The position numbers and the translations under genes were made by a program. Below the pieces are notes generated by a model. It did no database searches. It saw nothing but the letters and a program-made list of their open reading frames with translations, and was not told the DNA's origin. A stretch of 64,000 nucleotides of DNA from positions 80,044,001 through 80,108,000 of the forward strand of contig CM059432.1 of assembly GCA_030390025.1 (NCBI GenBank). Direction: 5' to 3'. Each line of letters begins with the position of its first letter. Position 1 is the first letter of the stretch. Of this stretch, positions 11,863 through 24,811 are shown piece by piece. The stretch comes from Squalus acanthias (lineage: Eukaryota).

Positions 11863-13595
11863 TACCGAGGTTAAACTGACTGGACTGTAGTTGCTGGGTT
11901 TATCCTTACACCCTTTTTTGAACAAGGTTGTAAACATTTGCAATTCTCCAGTCCTCTGGCACCACCCCCGTATCCAAGGAGGATCGGAAGGAGATTATGG
12001 CCAGTACCTCTGCAATTTCCACCTTTACTTCCCTCAGCATCCTAGGATGCATCCCATCCGGTCCTGGTGACATATCTACTTTAAGTACAGCCAGCCTTTC
12101 TAGTACCTCATCATCAATTTTTATCCCATCCAGTATCCACTACCTCCTCTTTCACTATAACTTTGGCAGCATCTTCTTCCTTGGTAAAGACAGATGCAAA
12201 GTACTCATTTAGTACCTCAGCCATGCTCTCTGCGTAGGTCTCCATTTTGGTCCCTAATCGGCCCAGCCCTCCTCTTACTACCCATTTACTATTTATATGC
12301 CTATAGAAGTCTTTTGGATTCCCTTTTATGTTAGCTGCCAATCTATTCTCATACTCTCTCTTTGCCCCTCTTATTTCCTTTTTCACTTCCCCTCTGAACT
12401 TTTTATATTCAGCCTGGTTCTCACTTGTATTCTCAACCTGACATGTCATACACCCCCTTTTTCTGCTTCAGCTTACTCTCTATCTCTTTCATCATCCAGG
12501 GAGCTCTGACTTTGGTTGCCCTACCTTTCCCCCTCGCGGGAATGTACCTCGACTGTACCCGAATGATTACCTCCTCTTTAAAGGCAGCCCATTGTTCGAT
12601 TACAGTTTTACCTGCCAATCTTTGATTCCAATTTACCCGGGCCAGATCCATTCTCAGCCCACTGAAATTGGCTTATCTCCAATTAAATATTTTTACTCTA
12701 GATTGCTCCTTGGCTAGTCTAAACCTTATGATACTGTGATCACTGTTCCCCTACTGACACTTGCTCTACTTGACCCACCTCATTCCCCAGAACCAGATCC
12801 AGCAATGCCTCCTTCCTCGTTGGGCCGGAAACGTACTGATCAAGTTCTCCTGAACACACTTCAGAAATTCTTCCCTCTCTCTGCCCTTTACATTACTATC
12901 CCAGTCTATATTAGGATAGTTGAAGTCCCCCATTATCACGACCCTATAGTTCTTGCACCTCTCTAATTTCTCTGCAAATTTGCTCCTCTATATCCTTCCC
13001 ACTAGTAGGTGGCCAATAGAATACACCTAGTAGTGTAATGGCACCTCTGTTGTTTCTTAACTCTAACCAAATAGATTCTCTCCTCGACTCCTCCAGGACA
13101 TCCTCTCTCCAGCACTGTAATATTCTCCTTTATCAATACTGCCACCCCACCTCCTTTCTTTCCTTCCCTATCTTTCCTGAATACCTTATATCCAGGAATA
13201 TTTAGTACCCAATCCTGCCCTTTTTTGAGCCAGGTCTCAGTTATCGCCACAACATCATATTCCCATTTGTCTATTTGAGCCTGCAGCTCACCAACCTTAT
13301 TTACCACACTTTGTGCATTCACACACATGCACTGTAAACCTATCTTAGACCTTCTTGTATTCTCTCTTAATCTGACTCCACTTAATACCGTACTATTTCG
13401 TACTCTAGTGCTATCTGTCTCTTCCAATCCTTTGTGCACCTTGTTTCTCCTTTCTAATGCTACATCCTGGTGCCCATCCCCGTGCCAAATTAGTTTAAAC
13501 CCTCCCCAACAGCACTAGCAAACCCCCGCGAGGACATTGGTCCCGGCTCTGTTGAGGTGCAACCTGTCCGGCCTGTACAGGTCCCATCTCCCCCT

Positions 13596-13716
13596 TCACC
13601 ACATGGAGTGCAGCGGTTCAAGACAGCCCATTACCACCTTCACAAGGGCAACGACTGGGGCTAGGCAATAAGAGCCAGCCTTGCAATCGACGCCTAAGAA
13701 TGAGGAACAAATAAAA
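13596..13716 (+). mobile_element. LINE 3' end fragment (same family as 34487-35166)
   Basis: CACCACATGGAGTGCAGCGGTTCAAG..CACCTTCACAAGGGCAAC resembles 35046-35105. Confidence 0.6.
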
Positions 13717-14329
13717 AAGGTTTATATAACATCCACCTTGTGATTCAGTATGAACTAATGGTATTTGAGAGTTGTAACTCGATACAGTAGCTAGAAAAAT
13801 TACCAGAATGTAGGAGGAAAAGGATGAAGAAACAAGACTGTACATGAGTAGAGAGAAAAAATGTCAGAATGGCTCACAGTCAAAATACAAGGCTGTATCT
13901 TGTCACCCAACTTGTTCAATACTGTTACAGACAATACCATGAATTAGATAATGAGGAGAGTCACCAAACACTGCAACACTTCAATATGTAAACCGTCAAG
14001 TAAATGACTTAAAACGTTTAAACGTAGTTAAAAACCCAAGAGAAATAGCCGGTGAGAATTAGTAGGGTAGGATCTAGTAAAGGGAACTGGAGTTTATAGA
14101 TGTTGCCATGCTTGCTAGATCTTTAGTTGCTACCATCAGTGCTGTTATTACACCTATTTCGCTTGTTGCAGAACACTGAAGTAAATTGGCTGAAGTGCTA
14201 TAGTGTTCTACTCTTAATTCAAAGTTGCTTAATTCAAATTATCTGTCTCTCCATCACTTCTATTGACCTCCCCTCTCTGGGCTGTCATAGTGCTTGGTTG
14301 ACATCAAACCTCGGATAAATCACAGCTTT

Positions 14330-16025
14330 TTCCAGCTCTTGTCATTTCCCAACTCAATGACTCTAACACCCTCCTTGCTGACTTTTCATCCTGTGCCTAC
14401 CATAAATTTCAACTCATCCAAAACATGCCGCTCATGTCTTCTTCCACTAGCCCATCAACCTCGATTTCACTGAATCCTGGATGCATTAAGCTTAGCCCTA
14501 CTGGTTACTTACAAGGATCTCCCACAACACATGAAATTTCAAGTCCTCGTCTATATCCCTTCAAGGCCTTGCCCCATCCTACCTCTGCAACCTCCAAACT
14601 GTATAATTCCTCTCAAATGTTCTTTTGGGCCCGTGTTCATCTTCCCCTCCTTTCACTATCATTGGTGGCTGAGCTTTTAGCCACCTCAGTCTTATTCTGT
14701 GGACTTTCTTCCTAAACCTCTCTATCTTTAAATACCCTTTCAAAATTCAACTCTTCAACCAGGCTTTGAGTCACCTCTCCTAATCTCTATCTTCCTGGAT
14801 CAGTGCCCATATACTTATGCCCATCTATGAAACGACTTGGGATATTTCCCACAATTCCATGCTTGAATCTCTCCAATTAGGTTTCCGCCATTGCCACAGC
14901 ACTGAAACGGCCCTAATCAAAGTCACAAATGACATCCTCTGTGACTCTGACCATGGTACATTTTCCCTCCTCATTCTCCTTGTCCTCTCTGCAGCCTTTG
15001 ACATGGTCGAGCACATCGAGCTACGTGGTACTGTCCTCTCTTTGTTCCAGTTTTTCCCCATCTATTCAGCTTCCACATGAATGCTGATGACACCCAGCTC
15101 TACCTCTACACTACCTCTCACGACCCTTCTACTGTCTCTGTGCTGTCAGACTGCTTGTCAGATATCCAGTCCTGGATGAGCAGAAATTTCCTCCAGTTTA
15201 ACATTGTGAAGCCCAAAGCCATTGTCTTTGGCCCCCTCCACAAAATCTGTAACCTCGTCACAGATTCCATCCCCCTCCCCAGCCAATGCCACAGATTGAA
15301 GCAGACCGACCATAACTTCAGCGTCTTATTTGACCTCAAACTGAGCTTCCAACCCATATGCTCTCCATCCCAAAGACCAAGTACTTCTACCTCCATAACA
15401 TTGCGGGTCCCCGACCCTGCCTCAGTCTATCTGCTGCTGAAACACTCGTCCGTGCCTTTGTCACATCCAGACTCGACTATTTCAATGTTCTCCTGGCCAG
15501 CATCCCATTTCTCTGTGCTTTGAAACTTCAGCTCATCTAAAATGCTGCTGCCCATATCCTATCCCGCTCTAAGTCCCATTCACCCATTACTCCTGTCTTT
15601 GCTGACCTACATTAGTTCCTGGTCACCAAACAGCTTAAATTTAAAATCCTCATCTTGTTTAAATACCTCCATGGCCTTGCCTATCCGTATATCTATAACC
15701 ACTTCCAGCCCTACAACTTGCCCAGAACGCTGGCCTTTTGTGCAGCCCCCTTCCTTTCGCCCCACCACTGGCGGCTGTGCCTTCAGCAATCTAGGCCCCA
15801 CACTCAGGAATTGCCTCTGTACACCCCTCCGCCCCTCCCTCTAAGAACCTCCTTAATACCCACTTATTTGACCAAGTTTTTGGTCACTCCTCCTAAGATT
15901 TCATTCATTGCCTAGTACTTCTACCTCCATAACATATTTGTCTTATTTGTCTGGTTATGCCTCTATGAAAACACCTTGGGATGTTTTTCTATGTTAAAAG
16001 CGTTATACATATGCAAGTTGTTGCT
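14330..16025 (+). mobile_element. Two tandem L2-type LINE fragments
   Basis: GFRHCHSTETALIKVTNDIL..LSAAFDMV, ADDTQLYL and AFVTSRLDYFNVLLA; 3' end CTTGGGATGTTTTTCTATGTTAAAAGCG..TGCAAGTTGTTG. Confidence 0.85.
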
Positions 16026-17157
16026 TAAGGGAAGCACTTGTATGTATCCCAGTGGGGCAATGCACAGGATGAGCAGATCGGAGGACCTCCTGGTGGGTCT
16101 GCTCTTGGAACTGACATCCAAGTTTATGATGTGAAAGATCATGGGCAGAATTTCTATGACTGATTCCCCATGTTGAGCTCTAGTTCATGCTTTTGAAAAC
16201 AAACATGCAACGTCTATCGGCTCACCGATGTCTTCCATAGCCAATGGATAAGCATGTCATTTTTGTTTTGATTACATCTGGTTTTATTCTTCATTTTATT
16301 TTGTTATTTTACTGACTTCTATTAAGTTTAAGATCAATTTGTGTGAGCCACCCAGTCTTGTGTTATTATTGGCATTGCCTCTTTAAAGGGAGACATTTGT
16401 ATCCTGGTGTGGTTGGTCTTTGCTCAATCTTGCAGTTCTGTTGGCCTTTAGAATAAGGCTCACCCATTTCCCCGGAGGACTTATAGGCTGCTTCAGTACC
16501 AAACAGTACAAAACAACCATGGTGCTTGCCATCACTGAAGCCAACAAGCAAGTGGAAATGTACTGCAAGACTATAGGAGATCATGATGCTTTGACTCTGA
16601 CCAGAGGAGAGAATGTGGAATCTGGTCCAGCAAGTGCTCTAGTATCAGTTTGAGTGTCAAGTCTGCTTTGAAGTCCTCCTCTGCTAAACAAATTGCTCAT
16701 GAACCTCAAGTGCTTGTGTTTCCTTCTAAATGCAACAAAAAAAATCTGATTCTGAGGTCTTATCCCGAGTATCTGGATGCTATGGCAAACAAAGTCCTCA
16801 ATCTTCAAGAAAACTTTCCAGTGCTTTATAGTGCAGTGTACTGCATATTATGCTTTGCTGTGAAACAGTCTCTCTTTACTCTGACAATTACAATACAATT
16901 ATAACTGAAATATCATTTCTGCACCTGGCATCAAGAGTGAGGCACACCTGGCAACAGAACTCCAACCTGTATGACGTCAATCTCTTAATCTTAATTTTAA
17001 AAACAGTCCAACCATCTTTAAAGTTTGTCATATTAGAAAATATTTGGCTTTTCCATCAGCTCTTTTCTGACAATAGAAATTTCACTGGCAGTCCAAGACA
17101 AGTGAACAATGCTTTAAGTACACATACAGAGCCCACGGTCCCTGACCAGAACACATT

Positions 17158-17909
17158 GGGCCGGATATTCTGACCCCCACGGGTGGGTACGAGGTGTGTA
17201 CGCACCCGTAGGGGCCTTGCAAGTGCCGGTTCCAGGCATGTGAAGCACATGCGCTGAAAACCGGCACTTCCGATCTGTCAAGAATTCTCTTGACAGATCA
17301 TCCGCCTGCCCAGGAGAGGGGCCTCCGTGGGGGGAGAGTTCCGCTTTCTGCACAACCTCCGCCCGCTGAAAACCTTTAAAAATCTTATGCCTGGTAAAAG
17401 CAGGCGTCAGGCCTGCTTTTACCAGCATAAGAGTTTAAAAAAAAACATTTTCACTCATTTATAATTTTAAAATACTTTTAAAAAAGGTAAATTTATTTTT
17501 AGCCCCGTAAAAAACTTTAATTATTTTTTTCAAAAAATTAAATTTGTTTAAAATATTTAATGTAATTTTAACTCATTTTAAATACGTGATTTAAAAAAAA
17601 TTTATTTAATGTTTAACTGTGTTTTTAAATGTGATCCCCATTCATACTTTTGACAGATCTACGCGCAGAGGCCTGTCAAAAGTATGAAGGGGGATTGCCT
17701 TCTTTGATTGGTTCCCCATGGCCCACGTGATCCCAGGGACGCTTGCGAACTGCATGAGCCCCTGGGATACCTGGGCCTCTGCGCGCGCGAACCAGGAGAG
17801 GCCCAGGATCGGAAGTCTCGGGACCTACAGAGCCAGCAGGTAAATGCGTAGATTTTTCCCGATCGGAGGCATCCGCACGCAGGAAGCCTCCGATCGGAAA
17901 ATCCGGCCC
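17158..17909 (+). mobile_element. PIF/Harbinger-type MITE
   Basis: TIRs GGGCCGGATATTC / GAAAATCCGGCCC and ATT TSD (17155-17157, 17910-17912); homologous to 27381-28122. Confidence 0.85.
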
Positions 17910-18681
17910 ATTACTGCAGCCCAATGACATTGTTACAAAAGTAGATAGTGGTGACCTTGCCATGCCATTCTGAGTATGATAAAATACGATGACTCCAGTC
18001 AAGGTTATCATTTACAGAAAGCTGTTGCTGGAAATGCCTCATGACTTGAAACCAAGTGCAGGTAAGGACCAAAGATAAATTTCAATTCAAATGGAATACT
18101 GTTTCAGCAGAAAAAAAAAATCATATACTGGAATTAAAGGATATCAATGACAAACCTAAGACCAACTTGAGTCAAGAAACTTTCTCACGAAACAATTAAA
18201 GTTGTGGCAACTAATAGAATCAACCACCTGTGCAGAAATCTGAAAAAAACAAGAACTTTCTCCTACTGATGCAGCAACAGTATATCAGGGCTGCCTAATA
18301 GGCAAATCAGAATTGATTGGCAGCTCAGCTGTTAGTCATATTGGCAATATGTGATTGATAGCATGCTGCAAAATAAATTCAGTGACCTCCATGCCTCCAA
18401 TTTTGTACCTAACCTTTCCTGTTTTCTAAATGTGCAGAACTGGCTAGCAGGGTACATGCCGTAAGTTAATTAATAAAAACTAGAAATCTCCACAATTAAG
18501 AGATCTTACAGGCAAGTCAGAACAAGCTACCTTAAAGCATCATTTAAACTCAAAAGTATCATATGCTGCATGCTTTCAAGTAAGTTTTAAAACAGAACTA
18601 CAAAAGTAGCTCTCATCTGTGCTGGAATGCATAATTTCTAAAGAATTCAGAACATGCGTCTTGAAAGCTGTTCTATATTGG

Positions 18682-18972
18682 CACCGACACCTGGGAATCC
18701 CTGGCCCAAGACCGTACAAAGTGGAGGAGAAGCATCCGGGAAGGCGGCGAATACCTCGAGTCTCTTCGCCGGGAGCAAGCGGAAGCCAAGCGCAAACAAC
18801 GGAAGGAGCGCACGTCAACCCAAGCACCCCACCCACCCGCCCCTTTAACCACCGTCTGCCCCACCTGTGAGAGACTGTAGGTCCCGCATTGGACTCATCA
18901 GTCACCTGAGAACTCATTTTTAATGTGGAAGCAAGTCATCCTCGGTTCCGAGGGACTGCCTAAGAAGAGAAG
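18682..18972 (+). mobile_element. RTE-clade LINE 3' fragment (second copy)
   Basis: Highly similar to 181-458 (CACCGACACCTGGGAATCCCTGGCCCAAGACCG...GAGGGACTGCCTAAGAAGA). Confidence 0.88.
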
Positions 18973-19806
18973 ATTGGAACAGAATCAGGGTTGACGTTGA
19001 TACACTATGATGTAATTAGTCCAACACACTTATTCCCCTTTTATAAAAATGAAACTGACCTAAAGTGCAATTTTTAAAATTTGATTTTAATCTAAATCTA
19101 AAAGCTTATCTGAAAATTAGTTCAGTTTTATTCTTCTACTAAATAAAAGACTGCCTGAATAGCAACTTTAGTGTTATTTAAAAGCAGTTTCTATAGTTAC
19201 CCGTTTGCTCAATGACTATTTAATTAGGGCTGCAGCTAGACTTATAAAACTAAAGCAACATTTTAAATATTTGCAAACTTTGCTATGATCACTAGTTAAT
19301 AACCCACTACAAAGCATCTCTTGATTACTTTACCCAGCCTATCAGCTATTTTAGCAACTGCCAAAAATAACTAGATTAGAAAGCTCTTTAGTTGTCAGAT
19401 TTTACTATTCACCAGTTATAAAGGCGTCGACTTGTGCACCCTCCTCCAAAAGGTAGTCATAAACACATAGTGCAGATGAACCTTTTTCTTGATGTTCCCA
19501 GCTATCCACAGCTTTTGTTTTCTAAATATGGCGTGCTTTTCTAGATGGCTCAGTAAGCATACAGACAAAGATGGCCCAGATTCGATTTCCAGACTAAGTT
19601 AAGTTAGCTCAGCTCAGCCAGGATAACCAAAGGAGCATTATAATTGGGCTCAGCTGTGAGGCACACCATAATCAAGTAGCGTGCTGATATTCAAACCTGG
19701 ATTTTTTTCCCCCGACTGGTTGCCTGCTGTAACAATGTAAATTTTCAGCAGACAACGGAAAATGGGTGGGAGTTCCCTCTCACAGGAACTCTGCCCACTT
19801 TGCACC

Positions 19807-19905
19807 TTCACACTTCACCTGAGGAAGGAGCAAATCGATAGCTCCGAAAGCTTGTGATTTCAAATAAAACTGTTGGACTATAACCTGGTGTTGTGCGACC
19901 TCTCA
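19807..19905 (+). ncRNA. Penelope-type fragment with intact minimal hammerhead motif and 10-bp flanking direct repeat
   Basis: CAC-CTGAGGA-AGGAGC AAATCGATA GCTCC-GAAA-GCTT-GTG; ACTTTGCACC at 19797-19806 and 19906-19915. Confidence 0.7.
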
Positions 19906-20509
19906 ACTTTGCACCATGGCATAGTTTACAAGAGGTGGGGAGCAGCAACACTGAATCACCCACTATTACTCTGGCAGCGTTTCTGTCCTGCATGTCATTT
20001 CCTGATGTTCAAGTGTGCAGCCCGTCTGACACACATCTGAAATGGGTATCCAGGATTGCTAGGGAATCAACTGTAGTGGTACCTATTTTAAAAGTCAAGG
20101 TAAATAACTTTAATCTTAAATATTTGAGGTTTTTTTTGTTTTTCTTCTGCTGGTACTGAGGTTCTCATTAGTATTTGTACCAACTATTGTTATATATTCT
20201 GCCCTCATCACTATGACTGGCACAAATGAGTTTCCCAAGGGGAATTCCTTCTGAGGTGTTTAGAAGAAAAGGAGGACCCAAGAAGCTTTGCCAGGTCAGG
20301 CTGCATGATAGATGCTCTACGCACACATGCAAATTCACATCTGTAGTCATAGATGCCCAGACCTACACAGACAATTATTGCATGCAAAGACTCCACTTCA
20401 CAAATGGAAGCTGGGAAGATGGCACCACTAAATTAATGTCTAACTACGTGAATTAATGTCTAACTATAATGCTGAATGCTTTCTCAGATGCACTTCAATC
20501 ACAGGAACA

Positions 20510-21078
20510 GCACTAGGCATATCTTAGAATGAGGCACCAACATAGCGAAGCTTCACAGAGCTACACGCATGCTGAACAGCAAAAGCAACAGGCTATAGAC
20601 GAGGCTAAGTGGTCCCACAACCAATTAATCAGAGCAACGTTCTATTGTCCCATCACATTCAGTTGAGAATAGTGCTGGAGAATCAGGCAACTCATAGGAG
20701 ACTCCATGAACAACCCCACCTTCAACTATGGCAGAGCCCAGCACGGGCTGTAACATCTGCAGGTGTCTTCACCCAAAAATGTCAAGTGGACAATTACACT
20801 TGAAGACGCCACCATCATAGGTGCCAGTTTCCTGCCAATTCGGTTCACTCCATGTGACATTAAGAAGCAGCTGAGTGCAATGGGCATCGACAACATCCCA
20901 GCTTTAGCACTGAAGACCTGCACATCAGAAGTAGCCACCCTCCTAGCTAAGCTATTCCAGTGCAGCTATGACACTGGCATCTACCTGACAATGTGGAAAA
21001 TTGCCCAGATATGTCCCACCTACGAATAAGCGGGGCAAATCTAACCCAGCCAAGTACTGCCCTATTAGTCTCCTCCCA
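20510..21078 (+). mobile_element. LINE fragment (CR1/L2 superfamily), degenerate
   Basis: GIDNIPALALKTCTSEVATLLAKLFQCSYDTGIYLTMWKIAQICP, the pre-RT region. Confidence 0.8.
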
Positions 21079-21797
21079 ACAAATAATTACATTTAAAATG
21101 TCTTTTCTATTAATGATTTGAGGTCTGTTAAACACAATGTCTTGGGGATGTACGATAGGATCTCAGACAAATCAGGCAGCTGTTTTATAATTTATTTATT
21201 CTAATCAAAATGTAATTATTTTGGCATTTTCTACATTGTAAAGTACCACAATCAACCAAACTTTAATCCGTATCACAGCAGCATACTGAACTCTGCCTTT
21301 CCTAAAATTCTCCCAGCAGTTAGCTCAACATCTGAAAAGCTCGAGGTTGAAACAGCCCAATACTACAAATTGTGAATTATTTATACCTCCTTCATCTGGC
21401 ACGGTCTTGTCCTTTGTCCATGTTTTGCAAGTGCTCCCTTCTTCTGATTCAGCATTCAGATACAAACAAGGTTATACAAGGTGGGCAACTCCAAATGCAA
21501 CATAACCTAATTCAAGAATGTAAGGAATCTACCAATATTGGGCTTGTCTTACAATCTATGCCTTCCTTTAAGTATAGCTGTGGCAACGTTGTACTGTTGC
21601 TATTTACTCGATGAACTGCCAGCTCAAAGCTGTGAAACTGCTACGTGAACAATTGCAAAAGAACTAAAAAAGTAATAGCTATATGAATCATGCTGCGAAA
21701 AGCAGAGGAAAAAACATGTTAAAATCATTGCTATAACTTTCTGTATTATCAGGTCGGGAGGGAGTGGCCCTGGGAGTCCTCAACATTGACTCCGGAC

Positions 21798-22358
21798 CAA
21801 TGTTCCCTTTAATTTATTTTGGGTGCACAGCCCCAAAGGGGCTGTGCTGCCCATTCAAAATACAGGAAACTTTCGTTTATCCGGCACCCAAATATCCGGA
21901 ATTCTCGCTTAACCAGCAAAAATCATCCTCCGAAAACTCCTCTCAAATAACCGGCAATGTTGCCGAGTCGCAGTCGAGTCTCCGCGAACGCCGAGTGCTC
22001 CGAAAACTCCTCTCAAATAACCGGCAATGTTGCCGATCCCGAGTCCGAGTCCGAGAACGCCGATTTAGTCAGTAGGGGTACTTTTCAAAAGTGCCACTAC
22101 TCGGCCTCCTGGCGCTGTCGGAAGTCCGAAACACTGCAGTAGCAGGAGTTGATTCTCCCGCGCTGCCTGGAGTCGCTTTGTTAAAAATAGCCTCGGTAGA
22201 TATAACTCTCCGTTATCCGGTACTTTCGATAAACCGGCACCACGCCGGTCCCGTCGATGCCGGATAAACGAAAGTTTCCTGTACCGTGCAGGCACAGTTT
22301 TTCCCACTTAAAAGTCGATGAGCCAGCTGCGCGGCTACGCAGCTTAAAGGGAACACTG
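21798..22358. mobile_element. hAT-type MITE
   Basis: TIRs CAATGTTCCCTTTAA / TTAAAGGGAACACTG; 8-bp TSD CTCCGGAC / GTCCGGAC (21790-21797, 22359-22366). Confidence 0.8.
21863..22281. mobile_element. Tc1/mariner (pogo/Tigger-like) MITE nested in the hAT MITE
   Basis: Perfect 24-bp TIR CAGGAAACTTTCGTTTATCCGGCA, TA on both flanks, and an internal repeat of ~39 bp at 70-bp spacing (CTCCGAAAACTCCTCTCAAATAACCGGCAATGTTGCCGA). Confidence 0.88.
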
Positions 22359-23070
22359 GTCCGGACTTCATGGAGTGACCACCACACAGTCCTTGTGGAG
22401 ACGAAGTCGCGTCTTCATACGGAGGACACCCTCCACCTCGCGAAATAGATCTAGCAGCTCAAAACTGGGCATCCATGAGGCGCTGTGGGCAATCAGCAGC
22501 AGCAACATTGTATTGCACCACAATCTGTAACCTCATGGCACAGCATATTCCTCACTCTACCATTACCATCAAGCCAGCAGACCAACCCTGGTTCCATGAG
22601 GAGTGTAAAAGAGCATACCAGGAGCAGCACCAGGTATACCTAAAAATGAGGTGACAACCTGGTGAAGCTACAACACAGGACTACATGCATGCTAAACAGC
22701 AGAAACAGCACTGACAGAGCTAAGTGATCCCACAACCAACAGATCAGATCAAAGCTCTGCAGTCCTGCCACATCCAGTTGTGAATGGCGGTGGACAATTA
22801 AACAACTAATGGGAGGAGGAGACTTCATAAACATCCCCATCCTCAATGATGGTGGAACCAAGCACATGAGTGCAAAAGACAAGGCTGAAGCACTTCCAAC
22901 CATCTGCAGCCAGAAGTGCTGAGTGGATGATCTATCTCAGCCTCCTCCTCAGGTCCCCACCATCACAGAAGCCAGTCTTCAGCCAACTCGATTCACTCCA
23001 CGTGATATCAAGAAATGGCTGAGTGCACTAGATACAGCAAAGGCTATGGGCCCAACAACATCCCAGCTGT

Positions 23071-24805
23071 ACATCGGAACAGGAGTAGGCTATTGAACTC
23101 CTCGAGCCTGTTCCGCCATTCAATGAGATCATGGCTGATATGCGACCTAACTCCACATACCCACCTTTGGCCCATATCCCTCAATAACTTTGGTTAACAA
23201 AAAGCTATCAATCTCCGATTTAAAATTAACAATTGATCTAGCATCAATTACCGTTTGCGGAAGAGAGTTCCAAACTTCTACCACCCTTTGTGTGTAGAAG
23301 TGTTTCCTAATGTCACTCCTGAAAGGTCTGGCTCTAATTTTTAGACTATGGCCCCTAGTCCGAGAATCCCCAACCAGCGAAAAAAGTTTCTCTCTATCTA
23401 CCCTATCGGTTCCCCTTAATATCTTGAAAACTTCGATCAGATCACCCCTTAACCATCTAAATTCAAGGGAATACAACCCTAATTTGTGTAATCGCTCCTC
23501 GTAACTTAACCCTTGGAGTCCGGGTATCATTCTGATAAACCTATGCTGCATTCCCTCCAAGGCCAATATATACTTCCGAAGGTGTGCTGTCCAGAACTGC
23601 TCACAGTACTCCAGGTGTGGTCTAACCAGGGTTTTGTATAGCTGCAGCATAACTTCTACTCCTTTAGATATAAAGGCCAGCATTTCATTAGCCTGGACCC
23701 CCAAGTCTCTTTGGACCTCCACTGCTTTTAGCTTTTCACCATTTAGAAAGTACCCTGTTCTATCCTTTTTAGGTCCAAAGTGGATGACCTCACATCCGCC
23801 TGCATTGAAATCCATCTGCCACAGTTTTGCCCATTCACTTAATCTGTTGATACCCCTTTGTAATTTTATGCTTTCATCTACACTGCCTACAATGCCGCCT
23901 ACCTTTGTGTCATCGGCAAATTTGGATATATGACTTTCTATGCCATCATCTAAGTCGTTAATAAATATTATGAATAGTTGAGGCACCTGCGGGACACCAC
24001 TAGTCACATCCTGCCAATTAGAGTACCTGCCCAATATCCCTACTGCTTGTCTCCTGCCGCTCAGCCAATTTCCTAACCAGGTCAATAACTTGCCCTTAAT
24101 TCCTTGGGCTTCTACCTTAGTTAAGTCTCTTATGCGGGACTTTATCAAATGCTTTCTTGAAGTTCATTTAAATAACATCCATAGACATTCCCCTATCCAC
24201 TACTTTAGTCACCTCCTCAAAAGATTCAATCAGGTTTGTCAGGCATGACCTACCTTTGACAAATCCGTGCTGGCTTCTCTCTGATCAATTGAAAATTTGA
24301 AGTGTTCAGTCACCCACTCCTTAATTATAGACTCTAGCAATTTCCCGACAGCAGATGTTAGGCTAACTGGTCTATAATTCCCTGGTTTCCCTCTCTCGCC
24401 ATTCTTAAATAGCGGAGTGACAATTTTCCAATCTAAAGGAATGGTTCCTGAATTGAGAGAACTTTGGAAGATTATAGTTAGGGCATCTGCAATGTGCTCA
24501 CCTACTTCCTTTAAAATCCTAGGATGGAAGCCATCTGGTCCTGGGGATTTGTCACTCTTTAGTGTCATTATTTTCTTCATTACCGTTGTTTTACTTGGAG
24601 TCCCTGTCCCTGATTCAAGATTAGTTTCCTTGGGATTTCTTCCTCTACTGTAAATACTGACGCAAAGTAACTATTCAACATGTCCGCCATTTCCTTATCA
24701 TTGACAATATTACCGCTTTCAGTTTAAGGGGCCAACATTGCTCCTGGCTACCCTCTTTTTCCCCAATATAATTGTAAAAATTCTTTGTTAATTTTGATAT
24801 CCCTA
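23071..24805 (-). mobile_element. CR1 LINE with 333-aa RT remnant ORF
   Basis: KSPGPDGFHPRILKE, NYRPVSLTS, FINDLDDG..KFADDTKV, YKTLVRPHLEYC and RTRGHSLKI. Confidence 0.92.
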
Positions 24806-24811
24806 AAGTCC

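Larger units (their letters stand above)
10557..13593 (-). mobile_element. CR1 LINE (~3 kb; endonuclease + RT remnants), interrupted by two Penelope-type inserts
   Basis: APE motifs NAQSVVNK..DVVAITETWL..RKDREGKKGGGVA and RT motifs [29 protein letters not shown]. Confidence 0.92.
21749..23070 (+). mobile_element. LINE fragment (same family as 20510-21078), host of nested MITEs; continues at 24812-25020
   Basis: Homologous to 20510-21078. Broken at ..AACATCCCAGCTGTA by a CR1 and resumes at GTAGTGCTGAAGACTTGTGCTCCAG. Confidence 0.8.

Noticed and set aside
16420..16904. Adjacent short ORFs that look vaguely protein-like
   Set aside because: No recognisable domain or splice structure, non-ATG starts, and antisense to the host gene; a translated search would be needed.
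19540..19700. Ancient SINE-like remnant
   Set aside because: Too degenerate to delimit or classify by eye.
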